From the NCBI GenBank assembly GCA_026770705.1, contig JANJGN010000002.1, positions 228,222,001 through 228,286,000 on the forward strand: a DNA stretch of 64,000 nucleotides. The letters are read 5' to 3'. The stretch is from Isurus oxyrinchus (Eukaryota). Under the pieces are notes generated by a model. The model made no database searches and was not told where the DNA came from. It worked only from the letters and a program-made list of their open reading frames with translations. This document shows positions 37,401-50,540 of this stretch, one piece after another. The position numbers and the translations under genes were made by a program. How positions within the stretch are numbered: the first letter of the stretch is position 1; every line of letters begins with the position of its first letter.

Positions 37401-38909
37401 TTTTTTGACTTGCTTTTGTTCCCTTTGTCTCCTTGCTCCTGTCGTCCATTCTGGTTACATGACCAGCTTGCCAAAAAAAAAACTTATCTATGTTTGGGTC
37501 AAAGTCAACTTCACAGGCTGCTTTTTTCAGCAAAGACCTGAAGATGCATGCAGCTGTGTCAACAGCGTCAAAACTTTGGTGTAATCTCCATCTCCGACAG
37601 GAAATGAATGCTGATAGACAAGCTGATTGGCTCTCAATGAGCAGAGTGTGATAGGGCAAGCAAGCTCAGCCCTGAACTTGCTACCATAAGAAGTAGTTGA
37701 GGTAACCAACATAGATGATTCAGGGGGAAAGCTAAATAAACACATGAGGAAGAAAGAAATAGTAGATTATGCTAATAGGGTTCGATGAAGAGGGGCGATT
37801 GGAGGCTCATGTGGAGCATGAATGCTAGCAGAGAGCTAACACTGGGGGCGTAGACTATAGGCCCCCTAACAGTAGCTATACTGTAGGGCAGAGAATAAAT
37901 CAGGACACAATGAGGGAATTTAAGAAAGGCAGTACATTAATTATGGGTGACTTTAATCTTCATGTAGATTGGGAAAATAAAAATGGCATAGGTAGCCATG
38001 AGCAAGAGTTCATAAAGTGTATTTGGGACCGTTTTCTAGAATAATAGGTTATGGATCCAACTGGGGATCAGCCTATTTTGGATCTGGTAATGTGTAATGA
38101 GGCAGGTTTAATAGATGATCTCAAAGTTAAAGATCCCCAAGGAAACAGTGACCATAACACGGTAGAATTTAGCATTCAGTTTGAAGTGATAAAATTGGGT
38201 CAGAAACAATTGTGCTGAACCTAAATAAGGGTAATTACAAAGGAATGAGGGCAGCTTTAACTGGAGTGGACTAGGAAAGGAGTTTTGCAGAAAAAACGGT
38301 TGATGAACAAGGGCAGATGTTTAAGAAAATAATTCACGACTCCCAACAAATATATATCCCAGTGAGGAAAAAGGATTCTAGGACTGTGATAAACTAACCA
38401 TAGTTAAGCAAGGAAGTTAAGGATAGTATCAAATTGAAAGAAAAAAAAATACAATGTGGCAAAGATTAGTGGTAAACCAGAGGATTGGGAAAGTTTTATA
38501 AAACCAACAAGAGATGATCAAAAAAATATTAAAGAGGGAGAAAATAAACTTTGACGGTAAACTAGCATGTAATATAAAAATGGACAGTAAGAGCTTCTTT
38601 AAATATATAAAAAGGAAGAGAGAGGCCAAAGCGAACATAGGCCCCTTAGAGAATGAGGCTGGGGAAATAATAATGGGGAACGAGGAAATGTCAGAGAGGT
38701 TGTATCTTTGCATCAGTCTTTATGGTCGAAGACACTTATAGCACACCAAAATTACTAAATAATCAAGAGGCAAAAGAGGAGAGGAAATGAATTCCAGAAC
38801 TATCACTAGAGAAAAAATACTAGGGAAACTTACGGGGCTAAAGGCTGATAAACCCCTGGACCTGATGGGTTGCATCCTAGGATATTAAAGGAAGTAGCTA
38901 CAGAGATAG

Positions 38910-39590
38910 CGGGGCCTGCTCACATAGACAGGGGGCGGGGCCTGCTCACCGACGCACAAAATGACGTGGGATGATGTCGGGGAGAACCCCCCGATGTCAT
39001 CCCGCCCCATTTAAATTTTCAGGAAGGAGGGGGCGCAGCGAAATCAGCTGCTGGCCATTGACAGGATAATTAAAACAATTAAAGGACCTGCCCGTCCAAC
39101 CTTAAGGTTGGCGGGCAGGCCAGGAGCCCAGGCAGGCTTCTGAAAAAACATGAAACCTCATCCACCGGCGGGATGAGGTTTTATGTAGGGTTTAAAAAAC
39201 TTCTAAAAAGTTTTAGTGAAATTTATCAACATGTCCCATCTCGTGTGACATTGTCACATGAGGGGGACATATCAAGGATTTTTTTCCCTTTATTTTTAAT
39301 GTTTATGCAACTGTCAGTGATCTCCCTGAGGCTGCACTTAGCCTCAGGGAGATTTGTGCTCATTTGTGCGCATGCGTGAAAGAGTGCACTCTAGCTTTGA
39401 GCAAATGCCTCCCCCCCCACACCCACATAGGGAGTGCATAGCGCTTCCCACCAGGCATCATGCTGGGTGGGCCTTAATTGGCCCACCCACGTAAAATGGC
39501 GGCGGGGCCCGCTTCTCCGGCGGAGATTGGCTCCCTGCCCACCGGAGATTGTGTCGGGCCCACCCACTCGGTAGGCAGAAAATTCTACCC
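38910..39590. mobile_element. Multi-hairpin Harbinger-type MITE
   Basis: Ends ..gaaaattctaccc and has five internal palindromes. Homologous to the elements at 43283, 49078 and 63754. Confidence 0.8.
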
Positions 39591-41035
39591 TTGGATTCTG
39601 GAAAAGTCCCAGTGGATTGGAAAACTGCACTTATTCAAAAAGGGAGGGAGGCAATAAATAGCTAACTCTAGGCCAGTTAGCTTAACATCCATCATTGGGA
39701 AAATGTTGGAGTCCAGTATAAAGGATGTAATAGCAGAGAATCTAGAAATACATAATATAATTAAGCAGTGTCAGCATGGCTTCATGAAGGGGAAATCATA
39801 CCTGACAAATTTATTAGAATTCTTTGAGGAGATAACAAGCAGGGTCGATAAAGAAGAACCAGTAGATGTAATATATTTGGATATCCAAAAGATGTTTGAT
39901 AAGGTAACACATATAAGGCTATTTAATAAGATAAGAGCCCATGGTGTTGGGAGTTGTATACTAGCATGGTTAGAGGATCGGCTAACTAATAGAAGACAGA
40001 GAGATGGGATAAGGGGGGCATTTTCAGGGTGGCAACTTGTAACTAATGGAGCGCCACAGGGATCAGTGGTGGGATCACAATTATTTACAATATATATTAA
40101 TGACTTGGATGAGGGAAGTCGCCAAGTTTGTGGATTACACAAAAATAGGTGGGAAGGCAAGTGGTGAGGATGACACAAAGGGTCTGCAGAGGGATTTAGA
40201 CAGGTTAAATGAGTGGGCAAAAACTTGCAGATGGGATATAATTTGGGAAAATATGAGGTTATGCACTTTGGCAGCAAGAATAGAGGAGCTAAATATCTTT
40301 TAAATAGAGAAAGACTGCAGGAAGCTGCAGTGCAGAGGGATTTGGCAGTTCTTGTGCATGAATCCCAAAAAGCTAGCATACTAGTACAACAGGAATAGGG
40401 AAGGTAAATGGAATGTTGGCCTTTATTTCAAAGGGAATGAGTTATAAAAATGGGGAAGTCTTGCTAAAACTATACAAGGCACCAGTTAGACCACACCTAG
40501 AATACTGTGAACAGTTTTGGTACCGTTGTCTAAGGAAACATATACTGGCATTGGAGGCAGTCCAGAGAAGGTTTACTAGGTTGATTCCAGGTATGGAGGG
40601 ATTTTCTTATAAGGAGAGGTTGAGTAGGTTGGGCCTGTGCTCATGGGAGTTTAGAAGAATGAGAGGCGGCCTTATTGAAATATATAAGTTCGTAGGGGCT
40701 TGACAGGGTAGATGCTGAGGGGTTGTTTCCCCTTATGGGAGAGTCTAGGACCAGAGGGCATAATCTCAGAGCAAGGAGGTCACCCATTTAAGACAGAGAT
40801 GAGGAGGAATTTCTTCTCTCAGAGGGTAATGAATCTGTGGAATTCTTTACCACAGAGGGGAAGCTGGGTCATTAAGTGTATTCAAGGCTGAGATAGACAG
40901 ATTTTTAATCAGTCAGGGAATCAACGATCATGCAGAAAAGGCAGGAGAGTGGAGTTGAGGGTTATCAGATCAGCCATGATCTCATTGAATGGCGGAGCAG
41001 ACTTGATGGGCCGAATGGTGTACTCCTGCTCCTAC

Positions 41036-41164
41036 GGGCAGGATTCTCTGCACCCGCCCGCCGCCAAGATCTTCTGCTCCCGCTGCAAGTCAATAGACTT
41101 CTGGCTGGGGCGCCGCCTCCCTCTCAGCGATTCCTGCCCATGGAGGGGCCGGAAAATCCCGGCC
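41036..41164. mobile_element. 129-bp MITE in the CR1 tail
   Basis: TIR gggcaggattctc / ggaaaatcccggcc; flanks TAC/AAC; interrupts ctcctgctccta-gtcttatgg. Confidence 0.8.
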
Positions 41165-42209
41165 AACGTCTTATGGTCTTATTTGGACCAAATGGCCTGT
41201 TTCTGTGCTGTATGAGCTACGTAATTCTAAGGGTTAATCAATTCTCCAGAGCTGCTCTTGCCAAGTGGAAAATATCGTCTTTCGAAGTTATTTTAATGCA
41301 GAGGTGGAGTCTTAAAATGAAGTAGCAACAGGAAGTCGATGTTGGAGAAGTGTGTTGTGTTTTAAGTAGAGGTTTGGAGTTGGGAATTTCCCTTTAATTG
41401 GATGAACAAGGCTTAGAGCATAAAAATGAAACTTTTCAAATGAAATAGAAGAAATCTGCAACGCTTACAGATGCTCAGAGATTCAATCTTTAGCAGCCAG
41501 TGGCTAGAAACCTGTAGCAAGTTGAATAGCTTCTGAAAGTGAAAATTAGATTCACATGAACAAGGCCCACCTAAATTAAATCTCCAAAATCCTGATCCTA
41601 ACGTTGTTTTCCTATTCACCTTCCAGCTAAACAAGGCTTTGGTCAAACATCTCATAGCAAGTACGGCAGCCCTGACAATGGAGCATTGCCAGCTTCAGTT
41701 TCCATCTTGGGGCTCAGACGCCCACAAGGTCCTTCTGATGCGGAGGTGAGAGTGCTACCAACAGAGCCAAGCTGGCACAACTTGCAGCCCAAAAGAATGA
41801 ATGGTCTACAAACTCAAATATCAACCTTTCTTTCCCCTGTCAGATCTTGTACATTTTCAGTGTTCACTGTCAAATTCCCTGTATTCATTCTTTTTCTCAT
41901 TATGCCCACCTTTAATTTTAATTTTGGAGCATGAAAAAGTGACGTAAGGAACTGGAGCTACCACTGCGGGCTGATTAGTTTTTCACACTTTGAGCCGCAT
42001 TACCGGCCTGACTTTTATTTTTTATCGAAACCCAACCCAATGTCAATGCGTAGGCGGATTAGTCGAGCTGGAATGTGTTACAGGGCAGTAGCACATCGAG
42101 ATGACGTTGACGGCTCAGATAGAAATAAATACCTATGACCTGATAGCCCTTGCAGAGATGTGGCTGCAAGGTAACCAAGGCTGAAACGTGATAGTCAAGG
42201 GTACTTAAC

Positions 42210-43282
42210 AGAATCACAAATTGGTGCAACACAGAAGGTGGCCATTTGGCCCATTGTGTAAAGCACTGGCTCTCCGAATGAGCAATTCACCTAGTGCCCC
42301 TCCCCCGCCTTCTCTAAATAGCCCTGCACGTTCTTCCTTTTCAATTAACAGTCTAATTCCCTTTTTAATGTCTAGGTTGAACCTGCCTTCACTATACTAT
42401 CAGACAGTGCGTTCCAGACCTTAACCACTCACCGCGTGAAAAAGATTTTCCTCATGTCCCTACTGGTTTTTTTGCTACTTACTTTAAATCTGTGCCCTCT
42501 CGTTCTCGATCCTTTCATGAGTGGGAACAATTTCGCTCCATCTACTCTGTCCAGACCCCTCATGATTTTGTATAGCTCCATCAAATTTCCTCTTGACCTT
42601 ATCTTCTCTGAGGAAAACAGCCCTAACTTTTTCAATCTAACTTCATAACTGAAGCTTCTCTGGAACCATCCTCGTAAATCTTTTCTGCTCTCTTTCCAAT
42701 GCTTTCACATCTTTCCTGGAAGTGCGGATCCCAGAACTGGACGCAATACTCTAGTTGAGGCAGAACTAGTGTTTTATACAAGTTCAATATAACCACCTTG
42801 CATGTGTACTCTTAATAGAGCATAGAATGTTGTATGTTTTATTAACCACTCGCTCAACCTTTCTGCCACCTTTAATGACTTCTGCACATATATACTCAGG
42901 TCTGTCTGCTGCTGCACCCCCTTTAGAGTTGTTCTCTTTATTTTATGTTGCGTCTCCATGTTCTTAATTCTTACCAAAATGAATCACTTCACATTTCTCC
43001 ACAGTGACCTCTATCTGCCACTTGTCCTCCCCTTTCCTTCAACTTCTCTGTCCTTTTGAAGTTCTACACTATCCTCCTCGCAGTTCACAATGTTTCCAAG
43101 TTTCATATCATCCACAAGTTTTGAAATTGTGCTCTGTCCACCAAGGTCTAAGGTCACTAATACACATTAGTAAGAGGAAGTGTCCCAACATTGATCCCTG
43201 GGGAACTCCACTACAAACCTCCCTCCAGCCTGAAATACATCCATTAACCTCTTTCCTGTCATTCAGCCAATTCTGTATCCAT
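42210..43282 (-). mobile_element. CR1 3' portion
   Basis: SGVPQGSMLG and GNLMELYKIMRGLDRVD on the minus strand. Confidence 0.88.
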
Positions 43283-43880
43283 GGGGCTGCATCTTCCAGT
43301 TGGCAAGTGGGGGCGGGGCCCGCTCGCCGATGCATAAAATGATGCGGGGTGATGTCAGGCGTGCGTCCCGAGGTCACCCCACGTCATTTAGAGTGTCAGT
43401 TTGGCGGGCGCGTAGCTGATTCGGCTGCGCACCCGCTGAACTGTCAAAGGCCTATTAAGGCCATTATAAAAATAATTAACATGATTAATGGACCTGCCCA
43501 TCCAACCTTAAGGTTGGTGGACTGGCCGGGAACCCAGGCGGGCTTCTGAAAAAAACATGAAACCTCATCCACGGGCGGGATGAGGTTTCATGAGGGTATT
43601 AAAATTTTAATAAAGTGTTTAAATAAAAGAAATTGACATGTCCCAGCTCATGCGACAGTGGCATGAGTGGACATGTCAGTCATTTTTTTCCCCTTTATTG
43701 AAACGTTCAAACCTGAGCCGACCTCCCTGAGGCAGCTGTTTGCCTCAGGGAGATCTGTGGTGCTCCTTCACGGGGGAATCCCCCCTCTCCTGCCGGCACA
43801 GGGAGCGCATGGCGCTTCCTGGCAGATGTCACGCTGGGCGGGCCTTAATTGGCCGGCCCACGTAAAATGATGGTGCGCGC
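43283..43880. mobile_element. Multi-hairpin MITE (right end lost)
   Basis: Homologous to 38910-39590. Confidence 0.8.
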
Positions 43881-43889
43881 ATTTCACCT

Positions 43890-44272
43890 TGAGTGGGTCC
43901 AGCAATCCAGTGCTTTAGCACGATAATCAAGGTTGACACTCCAGTGTGGTATTCAGGGAGTGCTGCACCACTGGAGAAGATGTCTCTTGGATGATATGTT
44001 AAACTGAGGTCTCCCAAGTCGACGAAAAAGATCCCAGGACAGTATTTCATCACAGGGCAAGGGAGTTATCCCTTATGCCCTGGCCAATCCCTCAATCAGC
44101 CTCATGCAAGCAGGTTATCTGGCTATTGCTGTTTGAGGGAGCTTGCCGTGCGCACATTGTCTGCCGTGTTTCCTACATTGCAACAGTGACTGCACTTCAA
44201 AAGTATTTAAATGGCTGTAAAGCCCTTTGAAATGCCACGAGGTCATGGTAGGTAATATATGAATGCAAGTTT
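43890..44272 (+). mobile_element. DeuSINE
   Basis: ggagtgctgcac..gttaaactgagg..aaaagatccc..ggccaat..ctgtaaagc..aatgcaag. Confidence 0.82.
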
Positions 44273-44761
44273 TGAAATAACTACTACTTTTTGATGATTT
44301 TCTTGAAAATGTGGAGTGTGAAGAAGTGACTGGTCGCTGACTGACTTTTTGTGTGTTTTTATTCATCAAGGGGTATTTGGATGTTCTGATGAATGGTAGA
44401 CTTTCACTTTCAGAATTAAGCGGCAAGCATGCTTCATAGGTCAGGTGTCACACAGTTTGCCGGGGACTGAATCTCCCTCTGTCTCAACAATATCCCTCAA
44501 TCCCAACCTCAGAGAAACAGCCTCTGCTTATTCCCAGTTGGATATTTTTCCAGTTCTCACAGAAGCCACCATGTGGTCACTCGAGTAAGAGTATGTGAAA
44601 TTGGTCTTTGGTGAGAAACTCCTTGCGTATCCCACACAATTTTCCACTGCACATTCCCAATTACAGTTTGCGTAAATTAATTTCACTCCCAGAGATTCAA
44701 ATTAGGGCCAGTTTTGTGCGACAGGCTCAGGCCTACTAGATTGAGCTAGATTTGAACCATT

Positions 44762-45240
44762 GAGTCATAGAAATTTACAGCACAGAGGGAGGGCAGTTAG
44801 CTCATCGTGTCTACACCAGCCCACAAGTAGCTCTGCAGTCTAATCCTATTTTCTAGCTCTTGGTTTGTAGCTTATGGCACTTGAAGTGTATAACCAAGTA
44901 TTGTTTTAGATGTTATGAGGATTTCTGCCTCTACTGCCCTTTGAGGCAATGAGTTCCAGATTCCTACCAACCTCTGGGTGAAAATCTTCCCCTTGAATCT
45001 CCTCTAAACTTCCTAGCTCCTACCCTAAATCTAAGCCCCTTATTCGCTCAAAGAAGGGGAATAGGGCTTTCCTATCCATGCTAGACGCCCTCATCATTTT
45101 ATACACTTCAATTAGGTCTCCCCTCAGCCTCCTCCATTCCAGAGAAAACAACCCTAGCCTAACCAATCTCTCCTTGTAACTAAAATCCGCAGAAGTCTCC
45201 TCTGTACTCTCTCTAGTGCAATCACATCGTTCCTATGGTG
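44762..45240 (-). mobile_element. CR1 3' fragment
   Basis: Reverse complement of the family at 22310-22830. Confidence 0.8.
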
Positions 45241-45243
45241 CAT

Positions 45244-45725
45244 GGACCAGAATCTGAGTTGCAGAGGTTGAGAGTCCAGCCTCCGACAGACTCCACTAAA
45301 GGTTTCCCTTCAAGAACTGACCAGTTTTGATTTGGGGCTCAGTCGGAGGTCAGGAATCTCGGGGCTGGGTGTTGCAAACATCAGGGTGGTTTGTTGATGT
45401 GCTCGCTTCCTGCCCCATGTTCAGTAATATACTCTTTCTGATGCAATTGTTCCGCAGTGCTGGTTTCCCTGAGCGCAACCAGCAATGGCATGGGCTACCT
45501 CAAGGCAAACCAGTTACTGCGGGGACCTCAAGTGGGTGATAGGCCGCTTATTTGCATATGCAAAGGCCCCAGTGTCTGCTGCAGGCATGGGTAAAGAATA
45601 TCTCTTTGTCGTTATTCAATATAGCGGGTGGTGTATGTCCAATCGAAAACAGAGAAGCACTTCCTGTTCTTCGGTACCTAAATAACACTGGAGAAACAGA
45701 TGCTGCATGGACCAATTTTTAGGCC
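45244..45725. mobile_element. Non-autonomous TIR element with 3-bp TSD
   Basis: CAT on both flanks; degenerate TIR ggaccagaatctg / caatttttaggcc. Confidence 0.5.
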
Positions 45726-47019
45726 CATACCCTGCACTCCCATGCAAGAACTGATCAGTTTTAAGATCAGGTATCAGATTTGCAAGCATTCAAATCTCTT
45801 TCACAATCAGTAGCTGAATGAGCACCCAACGGCAAATAGGCACAAGTAAACTCAGGTTGAAAATAAGTAGTCCACCTCACTAAAGGTAGCACACTGCTTA
45901 ACGAGACATTTGCTTGTACATGGAAAGCTTCTGTGGGATTGAGGTTTTCAGTTGATGCTAAGCACTCTCAAACCCTTTGAGCTGCAAATGTGTTACTAAA
46001 ACCTTGTGGTTTCTATGCTGGCCATGCTTTTCTTAAAATTACTCAAGAGCGTGACTTTCCGTTGATTTTGTGTATTGAAAAAGAAACAAATTTTGGTAGA
46101 TGTGTTCTTTTTTTTTCCGAAGCCCTGACTCAAATCGTTGGAGCCTTTCTGAAATAAAAGCCTGGCCAGCTGGCCAGTCTCTGGATGTGCTGTAATATCC
46201 CACTCACTTGAACAACATGGTCGTGGGCCAGTGTGATGCAGCATATGAGGCTCTTCTAAGAAAGCACATTTGCACAACCAAGTAGATAATTACTTAGAGT
46301 TTGTGCCATAGGAATAGGCCATTCGGCCCAACTGCTCTGTGCCTGTGTTAATCCTCCAAACGAGCCTCCACCCCCACTTCATCTAATCCTATCAGCATAT
46401 CCTTCTATCCCTTTCTGCCTAATATGCTTATCTGGCTTCCCATCATCTATTTGCCTTAACTACTCCATTTGTTAGCCAGTTTCACATTCTAACCAGTCTC
46501 TAGATGAAGCCGTTTCCCCTGAATCCCTTATTGAATTTTAATCATGATTTGAAATTGTGCAACTTAGTTGGCCTCTTTAAACCTAAAACAGGGTGCATGC
46601 CCCATAGCTCAATATCTAAATATGTAAAGGAAGCAAAATCCACACAGCCTTTTCACATTTTAAAGCGATTCACACAGAATTAATTACTTTGAAAAGTGGA
46701 GATAAGTGTCATATAGGCAAATACGCAGCGATATCATTTGAAAAGCAAGCAAAATGAATCACCAGGTAAAATTTTAGATAATGTTGATCAGTCACAACTT
46801 AATGGTTAGCAGCACCGTTGTTCTTCTTTGAATCATACCCTGGGATCTTTAACAGGGAACTGTGGCTTCATGCCTCATTGAAAGTGCAGCACTTTAATGC
46901 AGCACTCCCTCAGTATTGCTGCATTGGAGTGTCAGCTTAGAGTCAAAGCATACATATTGTATCAATAAGATTGGCGCAATAAGATTTGCAATGGTGCTGA
47001 GAGACCACATTAACATTAT

Positions 47020-47810
47020 TAACAGATGCAAGTAACTTTTGTGTGTCACACAAAATAATGACCATCTCCAACAAGAGACTTTCAATGGTGTTACCATCGC
47101 TGGATTCCCCACTATCAATAAGCTGCTGGTGACTACTAACCAAAAAATGAGCTGGACAAGCCATATAAATACTGAGGCTATATGGACAAGTCAGAGACTG
47201 TGTGAATTCTGGGGTGAGTAGCACCTCCTGACTTGATTCAGGTACTGGTGTGGGGTGTGAACACATTACCTTCTAACTCAGAGGCAGGCAAGCTACCAAC
47301 TGAGCTAAACTGACAATAGCAGAGTGGAAGGTTTAATCCCTCCCAATAACTGAACAAGGTTGCAATTTGTTACCTCTCTGTAGTTACCCTGGGAAGGTCA
47401 ACCACCACAGTCCTTGTGGCGATGATGTTCCCACAGTGGCGTTAGGTAGGGAATTCGGAAATATTGACCCACTGATGATGAAAGAACAGAGTGATACATG
47501 TTCATGTCAGGATGCTATATATGTCTTGGAAGGGAATTTGGAGACAATAGTGTTCCCATCTCACAGGAGTTCTTGTCCACCTCACTGTTAGAGGTTTCAG
47601 GAAGGTATCAGCACCTGTTGTGCTGCTATGCATCTTGTACTTTCTGCATAGTGTAGCCATAGTGCATTGGCAAATTAGAGGGAGCAAATTTTGAATCCTG
47701 GGGCAGAGGCATTGTTAATGCAAACTTGGATGGCTCCAAGTTTCTTGGCCATTATTGCAACTAGACTGCAGGTGAGCAGTGAATAGCTGTTCATACTCCT
47801 GACTTTGGGA
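47020..47810. mobile_element. Old LINE A-related fragments (47020-47235 on +, 47400-47810 on -)
   Basis: atgaccatctccaacaagag..cccactatcaa matches 5095-5290. Confidence 0.65.
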
Positions 47811-48659
47811 AAAGGCTCTTTCCTACCCAGTTGGATTAATTCTCACTTGTTCATGAAACAACTTGTCTTCCCCACCTCCAATATTTTTTTTAACTAATAA
47901 TGAAAATGAAAAAAAGAACAACAATTTTGTGACTGTTTCTATTATTTGTCTCCAAGTCTTGTGTGCAGCATGTCCTGGAGATTAATCTTCAATTCCTGAA
48001 GTCTTCAGGATACTGGAGGGTTGGCAATCTTACTTGAAGTTGGTAGGGAGAGGGTCTGTGGGATCAGGAGGTAGCAAATGAAGGTGTTTTCCTGCCACCA
48101 ACAGTAACATCAGCAGAAGATTAATAAAATTTTTGGAAGTCATGGGAAAACACCATAAATGCTGCTTACACTATTTCTCTGGAATTGCTGGGGATTTTCT
48201 GTTGAAGCTTTTGTCTATATTTAGGAGAATCACCCTGCAGAAATTCAGCTTGCAGTCACTATGTGTCTAATCCAGTCAGCTTCTGGACAATGCCATTTCC
48301 CAAGATGATGATACTGAAAGGGGAGTGGGCTGATTTCAGTGACAATAATACTTCTTGATATATATTTGTTTTTTTTTAATGAAGGGTGTAATCAATGCAT
48401 CATTTAAAGTGGATCTAAGGCCACTCCTTGAGTAACATTACTCGATCTTCTCAGTTTGATCTCAATATATCCTTTCAGACTGTCTGTACGGTTTTCCCTA
48501 ATTCTGCAATTATTAGGGTTAATAGGATCCAATTATTGCATCTGCAATTATTTGGATGCAATTATTGCATCCCTTCCTGCACTGAATACTTTATTGAGAA
48601 CTCAGTAACGGGAGGTTAAGGTTTGCATACATGCCGTACAGCCACATGGACATCATTTA

Positions 48660-49850
48660 CACATGCAAGTAACATTTGCATCACACAAGTGCCAGGCATT
48701 GACCATCGTCAGCAAGAGACAATCTAACCATCTCCCCTTGACATTCAATGGCATTACCATCACTGAATACCCCATTATCAACATCCTGAGGGTTACCATT
48801 GACCAAAAATGAACTGGACTAGCCATATAAATGCTGTGACTACAAGAGCAAGTCGGAAACTGTGAATCCTGTGGTGAGTAACTTGCCTCCTGACTCCCCA
48901 AATCCTGTCCGCCATCTGCAAGTCACAAGTCAGGAGTCTGATGGAATACTCTCCACTTGCCTGGATGAGTGCAGCTCCAACAACACTCAAGAAGTACAAC
49001 ACCATCCAGAACAAAAGAGTCCACTTGGCACCCCATCCTTCAATTTAAACATTCTCTCCCTCCACCACTGACACACAGGCCAGAATATTGCTGTTGGCGT
49101 GCAGGCCCGACGCGCAAAATGACGCATGGTGACATCGGGCGTGTGTCATTTAGACATTTTGTTCAGCGGGTGGGATGAGGTTTCTTGAAGCTTTTATTAA
49201 TTAAATGGAAAAAATGTCCTAAATATATAAACATGTCCCAGCTCAAGTGACACTGTCACATGAGAGGGCATGTTTAAATAATTTTGTACTTTATTTTTAA
49301 TAAAATTTTTTTATCAACTCAATCTCCCTGAGGCACGGAGCTGCCTCAGGGAGATTGCTGTGCGAAAGAGCGCAGACCCCCGACTCTCCCTCCAGCCCCT
49401 GCCCCGTACAGGTAGCGCGCTACCGGCCGTGCGTCACAGGCGGTGATCGGCTCCATGCCCACCCTGGCCCAGCCTGCCCGACCTAGCCACAGTGGCAGAG
49501 CCGTGCACCAAGTGCTAAGATGCACGGCAGCAACTCATCAAGGCTCCTTCAACTTCCAAACCAGTGACCACTACCACCAGGAAGATCAAGGGCAGCAGAT
49601 GGATGGGAATACCATCACTTGCAAGTTCCCCTCCAAGGCAAACACCATCCTGACTTGGAGCCATATCACCGTTCCTTCACTGTCGCTGAATCAAAATCCT
49701 GGAACTCCCATGCTAACGGCAGTGTGGGTGTACCTACACCACATGGACTGCTGCGGTTCAAGAAGACAGCTCACCACCACCTTCTCAAGGGCAATTAGGG
49801 ATAGGCAACAAACACTGGCCTTGCTCATGACGCCTACATCCTGAGTAAGA
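48660..49850 (+). mobile_element. LINE family A 3' fragment with nested MITE
   Basis: Collinear with 5060-5925. Confidence 0.9.
49078..49488. mobile_element. Internally deleted multi-hairpin MITE
   Basis: ACA TSD at 49075-49077 and 49489-49491; removing the element restores LINE A gacacacagt. Confidence 0.82.
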
Positions 49851-49869
49851 ATATATTTTTAAAAAGATG

Positions 49870-50048
49870 AAAGCGAAATACTGCAGATGCTGGAAATTTG
49901 AATTAAAACAGAAAATGCTGGAAAAACTCAACAGGTCTGGCAGCCTCTGAAGAAGAGTCATATGGACTCAAAATATTAACTCCATTCCTCTCTTTACAGA
50001 TGCTGCCAGACCTGCTGAGCTTTTCCAGTATTTTCTGTTTTTATTCAA
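49870..50048. mobile_element. Miniature Penelope foldback with hammerhead remnant
   Basis: Inverted arms ~49899-49945 and ~50000-50048. The loop has CTGAAGA-a-gagtc-atatg-gactc-AAAA. Confidence 0.75.
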
Positions 50049-50269
50049 AAAAGATCCGTTGCGAGCAAATGATAGGACTACCCTGGGTGGTATAATTAAT
50101 AAGTCTAGAGCTTATCCAGGGAGTTAAACGGTACTTCTAATCTAGTGTAAACCAAACAGAAGAAGTCAGACTTCTATCCTTCATCTCAGTTTCATACTTA
50201 GTGGATATTTTTAGCCTAGATTTATTCAGCGACTTTATCATCCATTACTCAAGGAGAAACGAAAGTACA

Positions 50270-50540
50270 GAATTGTGAAAGAGCTGAAGGGAGATGAGGA
50301 GAATTTACTTTAACACAGTGAGTTGTTATGAACTGGCACGCGCTGCCTGAAAGGATGGCGAAAGCAGATTCAATAATAAATTTCAAAAGGAAATTGTTTA
50401 AATACAGTAAAAGGGAAAAAATTGCAGGACCAGGGGAAAACAGTACAGGCTAATGGGACTAATTGAATAGCTCTTTCAAAGCACCTGCATGGTGCAGGAT
50501 GGGCCAAATGGTCTCCGTCTGTGCTGTAAGATTCTATGAC
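50270..50540 (+). mobile_element. CR1 3' fragment
   Basis: CR1 3' end with tail gggccaaatgg..gattctatga. Confidence 0.75.

Larger units (their letters stand above)
37840..41180 (+). mobile_element. CR1 LINE (family B) spanning part of EN, RT and tail, with two nested MITEs
   Basis: YRPPN and MGDFNL (EN), [27 protein letters not shown], and the tail ..gtcttatggtcttat. Confidence 0.92.

Noticed and set aside
41627-41745. Plus-strand acceptor (ctaac..ttccag) with a downstream donor
   Set aside because: The donor lies in an antisense SINE head and the peptide is unrecognisable; support is insufficient.
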